Notes under the pieces: generated by a model
The model's database searches: none
Told to the model about the DNA's origin: nothing
What the model saw: the letters and a program-made list of their open reading frames with translations, nothing else
NCBI GenBank assembly: GCA_013265495.1
Contig: MU063211.1
Span: 499,489-563,488 of the forward strand
Direction of reading: 5' to 3'
Source of the DNA: Vicugna vicugna
Lineage: Eukaryota
Length of the DNA stretch: 64,000 bases
Shown here: piece by piece, positions 22,044 through 42,100 of the stretch
Layout of the letters: each line of letters begins with the position of its first letter
Position numbering within the stretch: the stretch's first letter is position 1
Position numbers and translations under genes: made by a program

Positions 22044-23296
22044 TGCCTTGCCCTTTTCCCTGAGTTCTGAAGCATTTGGGAAATGAGTCAGAGCCTTAAG
22101 ATAAGAGATAAAGGTCAGCTCAGTACCATATTGCTGATTGGAGGAGGTGCCAGGGCAGTTCCTCACCGGGAACCCCCAGAATTAGACACCCCTGTGGGAC
22201 CACTGAGGCCTCTCCATAGGGGGGTCTGCGGCACAACTTGGCATGGAGGAGCAGATCAGACGCTGCGCAGCCAGTCAGCACCTGGCTCTTGGGGGACGAG
22301 GGACAGGAAGTGGCTGTGCCCACCTGCCTATCATTCTAAACACATCTCTCGGACTAAATTTCTTCTCTCCAGGGAAGGAGAAAGTGAGGGCTGGAGGGGG
22401 CCAGAGCCAGCTTACTGGAGCTCTGTCCTCATGGAGAAAGGCTCCTGAGTGGGCAAGGCCGCCTAGCTCACCCACCCCCACCAGAGGAAAAGGCGGAGAT
22501 GATATAAAACCTGGGCGAACCTTCGTCCTCTACAGTGGGCTTTCAGTAGCGCTGAAGGCACACAGCCCAGGGCCACACCGCTCCAGCCCCGGCTCGGCCC
22601 CTGCTCTTCTCAGCCTAGGCAGTCATCAAGTGAACGTTTCCTGGGCATCTGCTGTGCGCCAGGGAGTCTGTTCATGGGAAGACAAAATGACGTGATGCCC
22701 AAGATAACCGTGGCATAAGCAAGCTAGAGCCTTAGTTTTCTTTCATGTAAAAGTCCAAGTGGGTGGTCTAGGGCTAACAGGGAGTCAGGGACCTGGGCTC
22801 CTCTTAGTCTGCCCCATGCTGTAACGGCCTCCATTCCAAATCCACCTTGTGGTCCCAGGGCAGCTTTGCCGGCTCCAAACATTGCGTCTCCATCCCTGTC
22901 AATGGGAAGGAGGAGGGGAGTGGAGGAGAGCAGCTAACTCACCACTTCCACTTCTACGCTGCTGGCTAGACTCAGTCACGCGGTACTCCTAGTGCAAAGG
23001 CACCTAGAAGAGCAGCCTTGCTCTGGGCAGCCGTGCGCCCCACTAGAATTCAGGGGTTCTGTATCTGAGGAAAGGAGAACCAGTATTAGACAGCTCGGCC
23101 TCACGCCCTGGGAGAACGGAGCTGGGGGCAGCGAGGGAGCAGACCACGCCCACAGCAGGCCCTCTGACCCCCTGGTAAGACCCAGGCTCCGAGGGAGGGG
23201 AGGGTGAACTTGGAATTTCAGACGGGACTGGTGCTTTTTAAAGATGGACAGTGGCCAGAAAGGTAAAGGGCCAGAAAGGCACACGGGTGAAGATCA

Positions 23297-23660
23297 TGAT
23301 TATGGATGAACTGGGTTCCCCGCTCCCATATTCAGTCTGCAGCCCTAACCCCCCCCCCAGGTTCTCAGAATATGACTGTATTTAGGGACTGGGCCTTTGA
23401 AGGGGTGGCTGAGTTAGAATGACGGTGGCCCTGACCAGTCTGACTCGTGTGCTTACGAGAGATCAGGACAGACGTAGCGAAGAAAGACCCATGAGGACAC
23501 AGGGAGCAGCAGCCATCTACAAGCCCAGGGAGAGGCCCCTGGACAAACCAGCCTGCTGACCCTTGACTTCAGACTCCCAGCCTCCAGGGTTGAGCGAGCG
23601 CACAGCTCTGCTGTTTAAGCTGCCAGTCTGTGGTGCTTTGTTATGCGAGTTGGAAAGAGT
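23297..23660 (+). mobile_element. MLT1-type MaLR solo LTR about 0.7 kb upstream of CCDC183
   Basis: tgattatggatgaac...gaatatgactgtatttaggga...catgaggacacagggag...gccatctacaagcccagggagagg...ccttgacttcagactcccagcctccag...ctgctgtttaagctgccagtctgtggtgctttgttatg. Confidence 0.8.
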
Positions 23661-24326
23661 AACCCATCCAGAGTGCACCCCCAGAATGCAAGCTGGCCAA
23701 GGCTTGGGCCACAGGGCTGTAAGGGAAACCTGAGCTGGGGTTGCAGAGGGAGGGGACTGACCCCTCCCGGAGTAAGTGACATCTAAAGCTAGACCCAGGA
23801 ATTCCCCAGGGAAGTGGAGATGGAGCAGGTATGGTCAGGAGGAGATGGGGGAGTGAGGGCTGAGGCTGGGGGGGGTCTCGTGACCCCTAGGTCACCAGGG
23901 TGTGGAGTTTGAAGCTAGGCTGTGGCAGGGCGATGGAGACCCCACAGGCAGTGAGAGGTCAGAGGTCTTAGGCAGCCCAGTGGAGGACAGCCTGGGAGTA
24001 TGGAGGAGGGGAGGGTGCAGGGGGGCTGGTGTGGGGTGCAGTGTCAAACCACCACAAATCACCTTCCTTGACCAAGGCAGTGCTCCTGAGCAGAGAGCAG
24101 CCACAAGGCTCAAGCGTCCAGGGGATGACCCCAAGGCTGGCTGGGGCCAGAGGGTGGGGTTGTCAGCATGGGCTGGGAATTCTTGGGTTCCCTGGGCATG
24201 CGGAACCTTGGCCCCCATCACAATGGGCCGAGATTCCGGGGACAATCTGAACTGCGGTTCTGCTGAGCAGGCCCAGCATAGAGGGTGGGAGGTGCAGAGG
24301 GCTCCTGGAGGACCCCGAGGGCCACC

Positions 24327-31941
<7,615 letters not shown>

Positions 31942-32001
31942 CAGGAAGAGGAGGAACCCGCCCCGCCCCCACACCCGCCCCCAGCTGGCATTGGTTACGC
32001 A

Positions 32002-32007
32002 AATAAA
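32002..32007 (+). terminator. CCDC183: CCDC183 polyA signal AATAAA
   Basis: gcaaataaacattttt 60 nt after the stop codon. Confidence 0.85.
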
Positions 32008-32049
32008 CATTTTTTCAGGACTGCGGGGCACCTAGGGGAACGCAGATGT

Positions 32050-33150
32050 GGGGGATCACGTCGGGAACTCGTGGGTTGTTCGATGTGGATGGGCCCGGGG
32101 GTTGAGCGGTGAGGGTGAGGAGGGTCTGGGGAGGGATGCGGATGGGCTCTGGGCTGAGCTGAAACCCGGGAGGCTGCTCGGAAGGCGGGACAGCAGAGTC
32201 CGCGGCCCCGCGCCCGCACCGCGCCGCGTACCTTGGCGAGCGCCGCCCTCCCGTGGCCCTCGCGGCGCCCCGTAGCCACACGCCCCGAGCCTGCTTCCGA
32301 CCACGCTGTCCTGCGCATGCGCACCTCCCGGCGCGCGCCGCACCGCTGTGGTCCTCGCGGCGCCCCGTAGGTGCGCGCCCGCCGAGTCGGCGCCAAGATG
32401 GCGGCGCTGACGGGCGGAGAGCGTCCGTGCCGGGAGCCGCGGGGGTCGGAGCGGAGCCGCCGCGGCTGAGCCCCCGAGCCGCCCCCAGGCAGGCTCCCGG
32501 TCGCCGGACCCGGGACATGGTGCGATCCGCGCCGTGCCGCCGCCGCCGCCGCTGCCGCTGAGCTCGCGGGCCGCGCCGGGCTCGGACGTGGGAGCGGGAA
32601 GATGTTTTCCGCGCTCAAGAAGCTTGTGGGGTCGGAGCAGGCTCCGGGCCGCGACAAGAGCATCCCCGCAGGGCTGCAGTCCATGAACCAGGCGCTGCAG
32701 AGGCGCTTCGCCAAGGGGGTGCAGTACAACAGTGAGTGGCACGGGACAGTGGGGCGGGGGCGGGAGGGCGCCGTCCCGCGGGGTCCGCGGGCCCGGGCCG
32801 CGTCGCCTGGGACTGGCGGAAACCGGGTCGCGCCCAGCCCGGGAAGCGCTGGGGGCCTCGTCGCGCCCCGAGGGCCTCGCCGTCTGTGTTCAGATGTGCT
32901 GAGCGCCTACCTGTGCCGGGCAGGTTGCGGGCGCCCCAGGGGCGTTCATCTGGGGTCGGGAGGTGATGCTGGCCGGAGACGAGGTCCTAGAGGACCCCAG
33001 GGCCGGAGGGTGGGCGCCTCGGCCCGCAGCGCTCCCCTCTGACCTGTGGGTCATCCCGGAGGAATGCTGGCACGATAGGAGATTCGTGCGATCACTCTGC
33101 ACAGTCAGATTTCGTCCAGGAGGTTTGTGTTGCGTCTGCGGTACCCCGAT
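32050..33150 (+). promoter_or_regulatory. RABL6: CpG-island promoter and 5' UTR of RABL6 with NRF1 and YY1 motifs
   Basis: Perfect NRF1 palindrome TGCGCATGCGCA at 32312-32323, YY1-type CAAGATGGCGGC at 32394-32405, and very high CpG density. Confidence 0.85.
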
Positions 33151-36100
33151 TGGCCTCGGTGACCTCGTCTAAGAGGGATTCTTACATAATGTGGGGAGAG
33201 CTGTGTGGTCTGTGACACCTCTTGAGTGGGTGATGGGGCTCTCCGTCCGTGAACTGGGTGGTCACGCGCAGGAGCGGAGGACTCCGCCGACTCCAGTGGT
33301 TTGAGGTGTGGGATTTTTCTCTGTGGACTTCATGTTCAGTTTGGAGAGGGAATGTCGGCGACGCCACACGTTCTTGTCCCCTCCCCCCCCTAAAGAAGCA
33401 TTTGTAGGGTATATATTTAGGAAAGCTCCAGAAGGCACGGGGATCGTTACTTGTTGTAGAGACTTTTCTTCCGCTTGAGAGAGGAGTCGTTACCAGATGC
33501 CCAGAGAGCCCGGGGAAGTTTCCAGTCCCCTGTTACAAATTATGTAAATTGCGTAGCTCCTAGACGCTGACTGTCCTCTTGACCTCTTTGAAGTTTTTGC
33601 ATCTTGCTGGCTCTTTGCTAGCAGTATATAAAGATTTTATGTTGTTCTTGGCTTTTAAATTATTTGTCTCTTAAGTATTTCCATACATTGCTACAAGATA
33701 TTGGACATTCCTCCACTCTGCCACTTCAGTGGTGGGAGGCTTCCAGTCTCTGTGATGTTGTATTTCGGTAACAGTGTAGCATATTAAGAAACTGACTGGA
33801 AAGACTTTGGGTTTAAAAGAAAGATTGTTTTACATGTATTCTACCCAATTTTGTATGTATTTGTCTCAGATTCAAAGAAGGGAATAATAACTCAAAATAC
33901 TCATTTACACAAATCTTTAGAATCTACATATGATTCTTTTATTTAGTTTTATTACTTATGGTATTATTTTAAAATTTCAATTCTAGTCCTTTGGAAATTA
34001 GATCTGGAAAATGTTCACCTTCTGAAAAACACTCCCTGGTGAGCACACTCACTAGTCCTGAGTTGGGGGAGTAAAAAGTAGAGACGTCATGGGAGTCATT
34101 CTGGAGAAGAAATCCGCCTCAGGCAGCTGAGGGGCAGGTTCTGATCTCGGGAAACAAAGTGAGTGGAAGGTGGTGCAGTTGAGCGGACCTGAGAGCTGGA
34201 CCTGCATTCCATTTTAGGGCAATGTTGGCCCTGTACTTGGCTAATACGCAACTCTGAAACTTTTTTATTTCTTCTATTAGTCAGTAAAATAAAACTTTTC
34301 TAGTATTTGATTTCCAAGGTATCTTCCTTAGGGGACCACAGTAGCAGTATGACCATTGTAGATTCAGGATGTTTACAGGTACAAGTTGATGATTACCAGG
34401 TGTGTTATTTGTCCCTGAGCAGATGAGTCGTTCTCTCTTCTGCTGCTGTGATGAGAAGTGATGCCTGTGACACAGAGAGTCCCAGTGTTCACTTCAAATT
34501 GATAATCAAAACCTGCATGGAACGTTGGACCACATTCTTGATGTGGAAGTCCTCCGCACGTGGAGCGCAAGAATGCTGTCTGAGCTGGTCAGCTCCTGCT
34601 CCTGCTGTTTGACCCACTTGTGTTTGGTGCAGAGACGGAGCACCGGTCAGTCTTGTGGATTTTGTCCAGACTGCCCTTGCTCACGACTGCATCCTTATCA
34701 AGAAAGCCTCCAGGCATTGGGACAGCTGAGTCCTGGCTGGTCAGATTTCAGTGCTAGAACTTAAAATGGGGTTAGACACTTCCTTACCGAGAAACCTTTG
34801 ATAGGTTGGTTTCAGGGTAAGAGAGCTTTTTCTTTGGGAATAAACAGTTTGGCAGATTACTTGACCTGCCCAGCAAGGCCGATTTGCAAATTCCCGAGCC
34901 TTTGCTGCGCATGATCTGCCACATTTTCCTTTGTAGGTTTTCCTTCCCTAGTGTTCATTTACTTAGCAAATATTTATTGAGTGACCATCAGTGATGAGTG
35001 TTCATCCATGAGAAAGCAGGCAGTCTCCGCCTTGTGGAGCTTGCATTCCGGGAAGGCGGACAGGAGGCACTAAACACGACGTGTATGGAACCAGATAACC
35101 TGTCTGAGGGCCGAGAAGTAGAGCCGGGTCAGGGTTGGGGTTGGGCTGGGGCTCACCTTGCCGTCCTGGGGACTTTGTGAACCAGAACCTTAGAGGGCCC
35201 TGAGCAACTGCCATGTTGCTGGGGGGTGGGGTGGGGGGGTGGGGGGAGATGCACAGGAGTGGGCCCTCTGGGAGTCGAGCGACCCCTACTGGTGGCCCGG
35301 TGAAAGGGCGCCTTTGGGATTTATATCGTGTCTCCTACAGCGTGATTGCATCATTCGTATCCAAGATAAAACAAATGCGGGGGGGTGGTATGAAAATATT
35401 TTTTAAAGATTCGCTATTTTATTGGAAACGTGTGGGAATGTGAGTGAATTACTATCGAGTCAGGGGGCAGGAAAGATGGTGAGGTTCTGTAGGAGATCCT
35501 GGTGTCTTCTGCACTGTGGCTTCACTTTGAAAGAAAAGACATAGGATAGAGGCAGAGAGTTAATCTGTTCAGTAAAACAGCTAGTTTGCCGCTTGTTTCT
35601 TAAGTAAAGGTCTTCTTATCACTTCCTAGGTGAATCTGGTTTTCCACTGCATCACTTAGTTAATTTGAGCCAGTGTCTAAGGTTCTGAGACTGATTTGAC
35701 TTTTTAACTTGAAAGTAGAGTCTGATTACTTTTTTAATGGGTGAAATCAGATTATTTTATTTATTTCTGACATTATAGCATTTCTTCTGATTAACTTTAT
35801 TGAGTTATAGTCAGTTTACAATGTTGTGTCAACTTTTGGTGTACAGCACAATGCTCAGTCATACATGAATGTACATATATTCATTTTCATATTCTTTTTC
35901 ACCCTAACTGATTCTCTTTTTTGAAGAATAAATTTCAAATTCTCAAAAGAGAATGAAAAGCAAATATATGTTAAAACTGGTCAAGATACAAAAGAAGGAA
36001 ACTGTTCTCAGATTACATCAAGACTCTGAACAGACAAGTTGTGTTTGAAAAAGAGCCAAAGGGAGCCTCCGAAAATGGGAAAGCTGGGTCACTAAAGCAA

Positions 36101-39100
36101 AAAGCTATCGGGCAGGCGAAGCCACACGACACCCAGCGGGAGAGGGAGGTGGTGCCCGAGAGGGAGATGCGCGGCCTGGCATGAGGCAGGCCCTGGCTCA
36201 CCTGCAATCTGTTTCAAAAGGAAAGCATTGCTAGGATGGAGAAGGGTGGTTACTGGAGAAATGAAAACTGAGTCTTTTCTGTAGATTACGAAGTACAGGA
36301 AACTCCACGGAGTCCAAGTCTGGGGTTTTATAGCTTCCAGAGCTGAACACATCATTGGGATTTCAGAACATCGAAATGAAAAAGAAGCAGCCAGAGCAAA
36401 CAGACTGCCTTCAGAGGGACAGCCGGGAACCTGAGCACACAGCTGATAGCCACAGTGGTGGAAATGTTCCTGTGGGAAGGTCCCGGTCAGCCTGGAAATC
36501 TGCACCAAGTAGGCAGTTACTCCAGAGGGAGTAGCATGAATCCCAGCTCCACCCTAAAGTGGGCGGCTCCCGTGCAGAGGCTCGTGCAGAAGTAAACCTG
36601 GAGGACGTGCTCCACTCAGATGGACGTGGGGCTCTGGGGTAGAGGAGGCTGACAGGGTGCAGGTCAGCATGGAAACAGGTACGTAAGTTTCGGTCATAGT
36701 GGCCACGTGACAGTGACCGGTGTGGGTGTGGAAGGAGAAGCCAGAACACTCACAGTCAGCACCCAGCCCAGCTGGAGCTGACCAGCGGACAGGCGTCCGC
36801 CACCAGTCCTTGTGCTAGTGCAGTGGAGGATGGAGACATTTATTAAGATTACTATTCAGAGAATAGGAATGACTGCAGATCTGCCAAAGAAATACCAGGT
36901 GGGAAAAGGCACTGAAAAAAAGCTTGCCCAATGAGAAAGAAGGCAGGAAGGTGGGGGCGGTGGTGACTAGAAATGTTAACACGCACTGGGGTTGGATTCC
37001 CTGCCTCTGTCCGCCCCCCCCCCCCACCCGGTGCCCGTGAACAAGCAGACTCACCAGGTGAGAGAGAGAAGAGAGAGTCTGTGGGGAGACCTGTGTCTGG
37101 CTGCGCAGTGCGCAAGCGGCCCGGCCAGCACGACACCGTCGGAGGGCTGGAAGCAGGGCTGTGGGGGCAAAGCAGGAGGGAAGGTCAGCCACAAGGAGGC
37201 TGCCCCCCCGTGTACAGTCCCTTAGCTGGAGCCGCGGTGGCACTGAGCAGCCGGCAGGGCCAGAGTGAGAAGGGTCAGCGGCGCCTCAGTGAAGAAGCAG
37301 ACGCCTGCCCCCCCCAAAACCAGAGAGCTCCTGAGAACCAGCGATCTCAACAGACACCTAAGAGGATGTCCCCTAAAGACCACGGTCTGCGGCCTCAGTG
37401 AGTAATGTTGGATATGAAAAACAAAAAGAGGCAGCGGTTTGGGGGAAACTTAAAAATATTTTAAGTAATTTACAGGTCAAGGAAGTATTTGTAATTCAGT
37501 GATAATGAATGCCCCGCATACTCGTGGTGGTCACTGACTTGGGAATACGGCTTGAAAACATACGAGAAGAACCGGACAATCCCCAATAAAGTCAAAGGAA
37601 GGAAATGGCAAAGAGAGAAGCAGCAGCAGGTGGGTTTTAGAAAGAACCAGCAGAACACACGGGGTGTGCACACGGCTAAGGAAGGGCGCAGGCCTCTGCG
37701 GATGTCGGTTAGAAAGACAAAGCCGATATCATGGATGTTGAAGAGTACGCAGCCACACTACAAAGTTTTAGAACATAAAATGTTATGAATGACTTTCTGC
37801 CAGTAAGTTGAAAACTCAGGACAGCATCCTAGAGACTGACCCAACGAGAAGCAGGGAGTCTGGGGAGGCCCTGCCCGCCCTTCAGAGAGCAGAGCACCGA
37901 GCTGGCGCCGTGGGCGGAGGCGCTGCACGTCCATCGTGGTAACTGTCAACGTCAGAGCGAGGACCGGACAGCCGGAGAGTGACTGCCTCTCGCCTGTGAT
38001 CGTGGGTGTGAGTGCCTGGCAGGGCATCAGGAGGCGGATCTGGACTAGAATGTCAGTAGTAACTAGCTATCGTGCCGGGACAGGCAGGACCACCCCAGAC
38101 ACGAGGACTGTTTACCAGAAGATACGTAAGACTCACCAGTGGGTTAAGGAGAAAAGCATGATCTCACTGGGGATAAGACAGAGACCTCATAAAATTCAAC
38201 TCATCCGTGATTTACAGAAAAACAGAAAGAAAATGAGAAAAGCCCACTTCTTAGCAAAGTAGGAACAACAGAAGATGTCTACCCGTTCAAGGGCATCTCC
38301 CACAGCCTGCACCTGTATGTAGTGAGAGACGCCAGGGGCGCTCCTTTTACAGTCTTGGCCAAGACAGAACCTCCCCACTTTCACTGAACTCCGTGTCTGT
38401 GTGTGGCGTTCCACCCCACACAAAAATAAATAAAAAAGTAATATAAAATTAACACAAAATCAGGAATGCCAGTTTCTTTTTGTCAGGATGCTCTTACGTG
38501 CAGAAAACACTAGACTAGCCCTGGCTTTTCCCGCAGCAGCCAGCTTCTGTTTCAGGCAGTATGAGCGAGCCGGTAACTTGAGCAGCCCTGCTCCTAGAAA
38601 CATTTTTGAAGGTCTGAATAAAACATGCAGAAAAACATTAATACGTCACTCAGTTCTCGAGCTGGTTGACTTTAAAGCAGAGGAAGTGGGAGCTGGGAGG
38701 GAAGCGGCTCTGAGGCTGCCTTCTCCTGGAGGACACCAGCCAGACCCTGGGGGTCGGGGTGGGCGTCCAGTGGGAAAGCCCCGCTCACAGCTGGGCCCCC
38801 GAGCACTGGGAGTGACCTCCAGGTTGGTTTGCCCCAAAAGCATCTCTGAGGCCCCCAAATCAAGTGGAGACTCTCCTCACGGCATTCCCAGGTTCCCGGC
38901 TGGTGGTGGTCCGAATCTCCTCAAAGAGGGCCGAGGATAAAGCTCTCAGGGAGTGGGGTGAGTGGGGGCGACGGGCCGGCCGGCCGGCCTCTGGCCCAGG
39001 CCTCTGAGGACTTCAGGCTTCACAGGGTGCGGAGTCAGTGCATTTGATGTATTTAAAGAAACAAGAGGTTTGAAAGTGTAAGCAGGAATCTAAAGACGAC

Positions 39101-42100
39101 ACAAAATGACCAAGTAGCTTGGAAAGTAAACAGACCTGCCTCCCAGAAGCTCCGAGAAGATAAGAAACCGCAGCAGGAAATAGGAAGCCGGCGCTAAGAA
39201 GCAGGCAAGGTCCAGCTCCATGGACACAGGGAGCGCCCCGGCTGGCTCTCAGGAAGACGTGGAGACTGACATGCTGGGTTTGTCCCCCTCTCTCAGCCTG
39301 GCCAGCGGTCTCCTGGGGACATGGGGGCCTGCCCCGGCAGGGCTGGGCTGCAGACAGCCTGTCTGTCTGTCCTGGCTCTTGCCGGGACCCCGTGCGCATC
39401 GAGCACCCCCTGCAGGCCAGCTCAGTGCCCGCTCGGACCCAGGTCATACCCAGAGCTGCGTTTCCATCAGGGACACGTCTGGACTCTTCTCCTAGGTCAT
39501 GTCTGGCCCCTGGCCAGACTCAGGGCCAGGCTGCCTGTGACCTCGAGAACAGAGGCCAGTTGTGCCCTCTCTGGCGGCATGATAAAGAGGGTGGGAGAGG
39601 GGTGTCCCTGAGATTGGACCAGAGAAGTTTAAAGTTTGACAACTGACACGCCTTGCTGACTGGAGCGGGGTTTCCGGGGACGCAGAGCCAGGTGGGCAGG
39701 TTCCTAGAAGTGTCCCTGAGAACAGAGGGGCCTTGAAATAGGAGTTGAGCAGTGGCCTGAGTGGGGAGGAGCAGCTTGGCCAGGTCAAGTGCCAGGACAG
39801 CTGGCCCAGGCAGGAGCACTGTCGACTGTCTGCTCAGCCTGCTCGGCTGCTCAGGGAGCTCCAACCCGATCCAAGCTCTCCGACCGAGCTCTTCACATCT
39901 GCTGGAGGTCCATAAGCCCCTCCTGCTCACCACGGGCTGCTCATCTCGCTGATGGGGACACCATCCATACCTGTTCTTGGGCCAGAACCTCAGAGTCATT
40001 GCTGACCCCATCTCCCTCCCCTGAGGTCCACCCACCACCAAAGGCTGTCAGCTCCTCTCCTGCCGCTCCCCGGCCCGTGGGCTCTGCACGGCACTAGCCG
40101 CCCATCATCCTTCCAGAACACTCTTCTGCTGAACCCCATGCCTTCTCACTGAGGCAGCGGGAAGTCCCTCCTGCAGGGCCTCAAGACCTGGCCCCTGTGC
40201 TCCCATCCCCACTTGTCCCACTGGCACGATGTGGGCTCTCCCCACCTGCTCTGTCCTCACGCGCACACACAGCTGCCTGCGGGCTGGTTCTCGCCATACT
40301 CACGCCCCACACGCAGGCGGCCGCTCCTAAAGACCTGATGAGCCAGCAGAGGAGGGTGCACGCTTCCCACTGCCACCCCGCGCGTGGTTCCAGGCGCCCG
40401 GCGTTCTGCACATTCGTGTGCTTCAAGTGCCAGGGCTGTGGGGAAGTAGGTTAAGAGCAGACCGTAAGAACCAAGGGTGCTGCGGTGGTGACCCCCGCCT
40501 GCGCCTGAGAGCCCCAGGCCCCCAGAGCGCCGGCCCTGGGAAGACTGCTTTCCTGTGGGTGCAGAGTCCTCTGGTGGTCAGACCACCTGCCTGGGGAGAA
40601 GTGCCTCAGGGGCCGGGGAGGGAGGGCGGGGCCAGGCCGACCCGCCCGGAGCTTGACAGCCTTGTTCCCTGGAGGGGTGGGGGGCTCGTGGCCAGCCCGC
40701 CCTCAGCAGCTCCCCTGCCCACCCACCGCTCAGGCCGCCGTCTGTGCGCAGGGGCTCTTCGGTCTGATTTGTTTCCCTGATCTGTCCTGTTCCCCCAGTG
40801 AAGATTGTGATCCGAGGAGACAGGAACACGGGCAAGACTGCGCTGTGGCACCGGCTGCAGGGCAAGAAGTTCGTGGAGGAGTACATCCCCACGCAGGAGA
40901 TCCAGGTCACCAGCATCCACTGGAACTACAAAAGTGAGGGCGGGGCGCGGCGGGAGCAGGGCAGGGTATGGCTGGGGCAGGTGCTTCCCAGGAGGCCATG
41001 CAGGCACAGTGCCGCAGCTCGGGGTGGGGGGTGCCTTCCTGCCATTGCCTCCCCCCACCTAGTGTTGTCATGGAAACACTGCACACACGTGGGAGTCCCC
41101 TCTGCCATGGAGACTCAGTCCCTTGGGGAGCTGGGCCATTGGGCCCACTCATCCTGGAGACCTTGGAAAGGCAGACACTCCTGGGTTAACACACGAGGTG
41201 TCCTGGAGGGGACCCCTCTGGGCGGGGACACTCCCCTGCTGCAGTCTGCTTACCGGGCCCCAGGGAAGCAGAAGGGGCTCCTCGCCCTTGAGGCCCAGCT
41301 CTTGGCTCCAGTTGTGAAGTGCCCGGCCCTGCAGGGTCCTGGAGGTGGTTTGTTTGCGAGATCGCTTTGTGGCCTCCCGGCGGTAGCCCGGTGGGCGGGA
41401 ACTTGCACTCCTCTGACCGCGTGGCACCCTTGTGGGAAGCGGAGAAGCCACTTGGCATGCTTAAGACTCGTAACAGCCAAAGGCCTTTGGGCCGTTTTAA
41501 ACATTCCTTTCCATTAGAAAAGCTAGCCAGTGGGCCGCCAGCAGGACACTGGGGCCTTTGTGGGAGTCTGACTCCCTCTTAGTGACGCCCAGTGCGTCCC
41601 AGGGCAGCAGCGTGGACACAGCGTCGCCCTGCCTCCCGGCTGCACAGAAGCAGCTCCCCACGTCTTCCCTTCTCCTGCGAAATCCTCGGGGTAGGGAGTG
41701 AGCCAGCCGTCCCTGTGCTTGGCCCACTGCCTGGAGGTGTGGCACAGGCCTGAACCCCAGACTAGCCGTTCAGAGTCGGCTCCCCTGGCCCTCAGCTCCC
41801 GTGGAGCAGAGAACACGGCCTCGGGAGAGGTGCAGTGGTCACTGCACGACTGGGAAACAACCATGGATGTGGCCTCCCCATAAAAGCGAAAGGTGGGCCT
41901 GCAAGGGCCTGTCCCAAGCCAGCTCCACTTGGCCTTGGCCTCCAAAGGATTTTGGTAGAAGCATGATGCAGGACCCACACCTGGAGAGTCTGACTCTCCC
42001 TGCTGATTGCCCGACCTCCCTCACAATGAAGCCGAGGCCGGTCATGGACATGGAGTGGGGCTGGGAGGGCAGTCAGCCCCGATCACATCCACTGCAGCGC

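Noticed and set aside
40798-41517. 239-aa ORF starting with a P-loop
   Set aside because: RABL6 exon 2 running on into intron 2.
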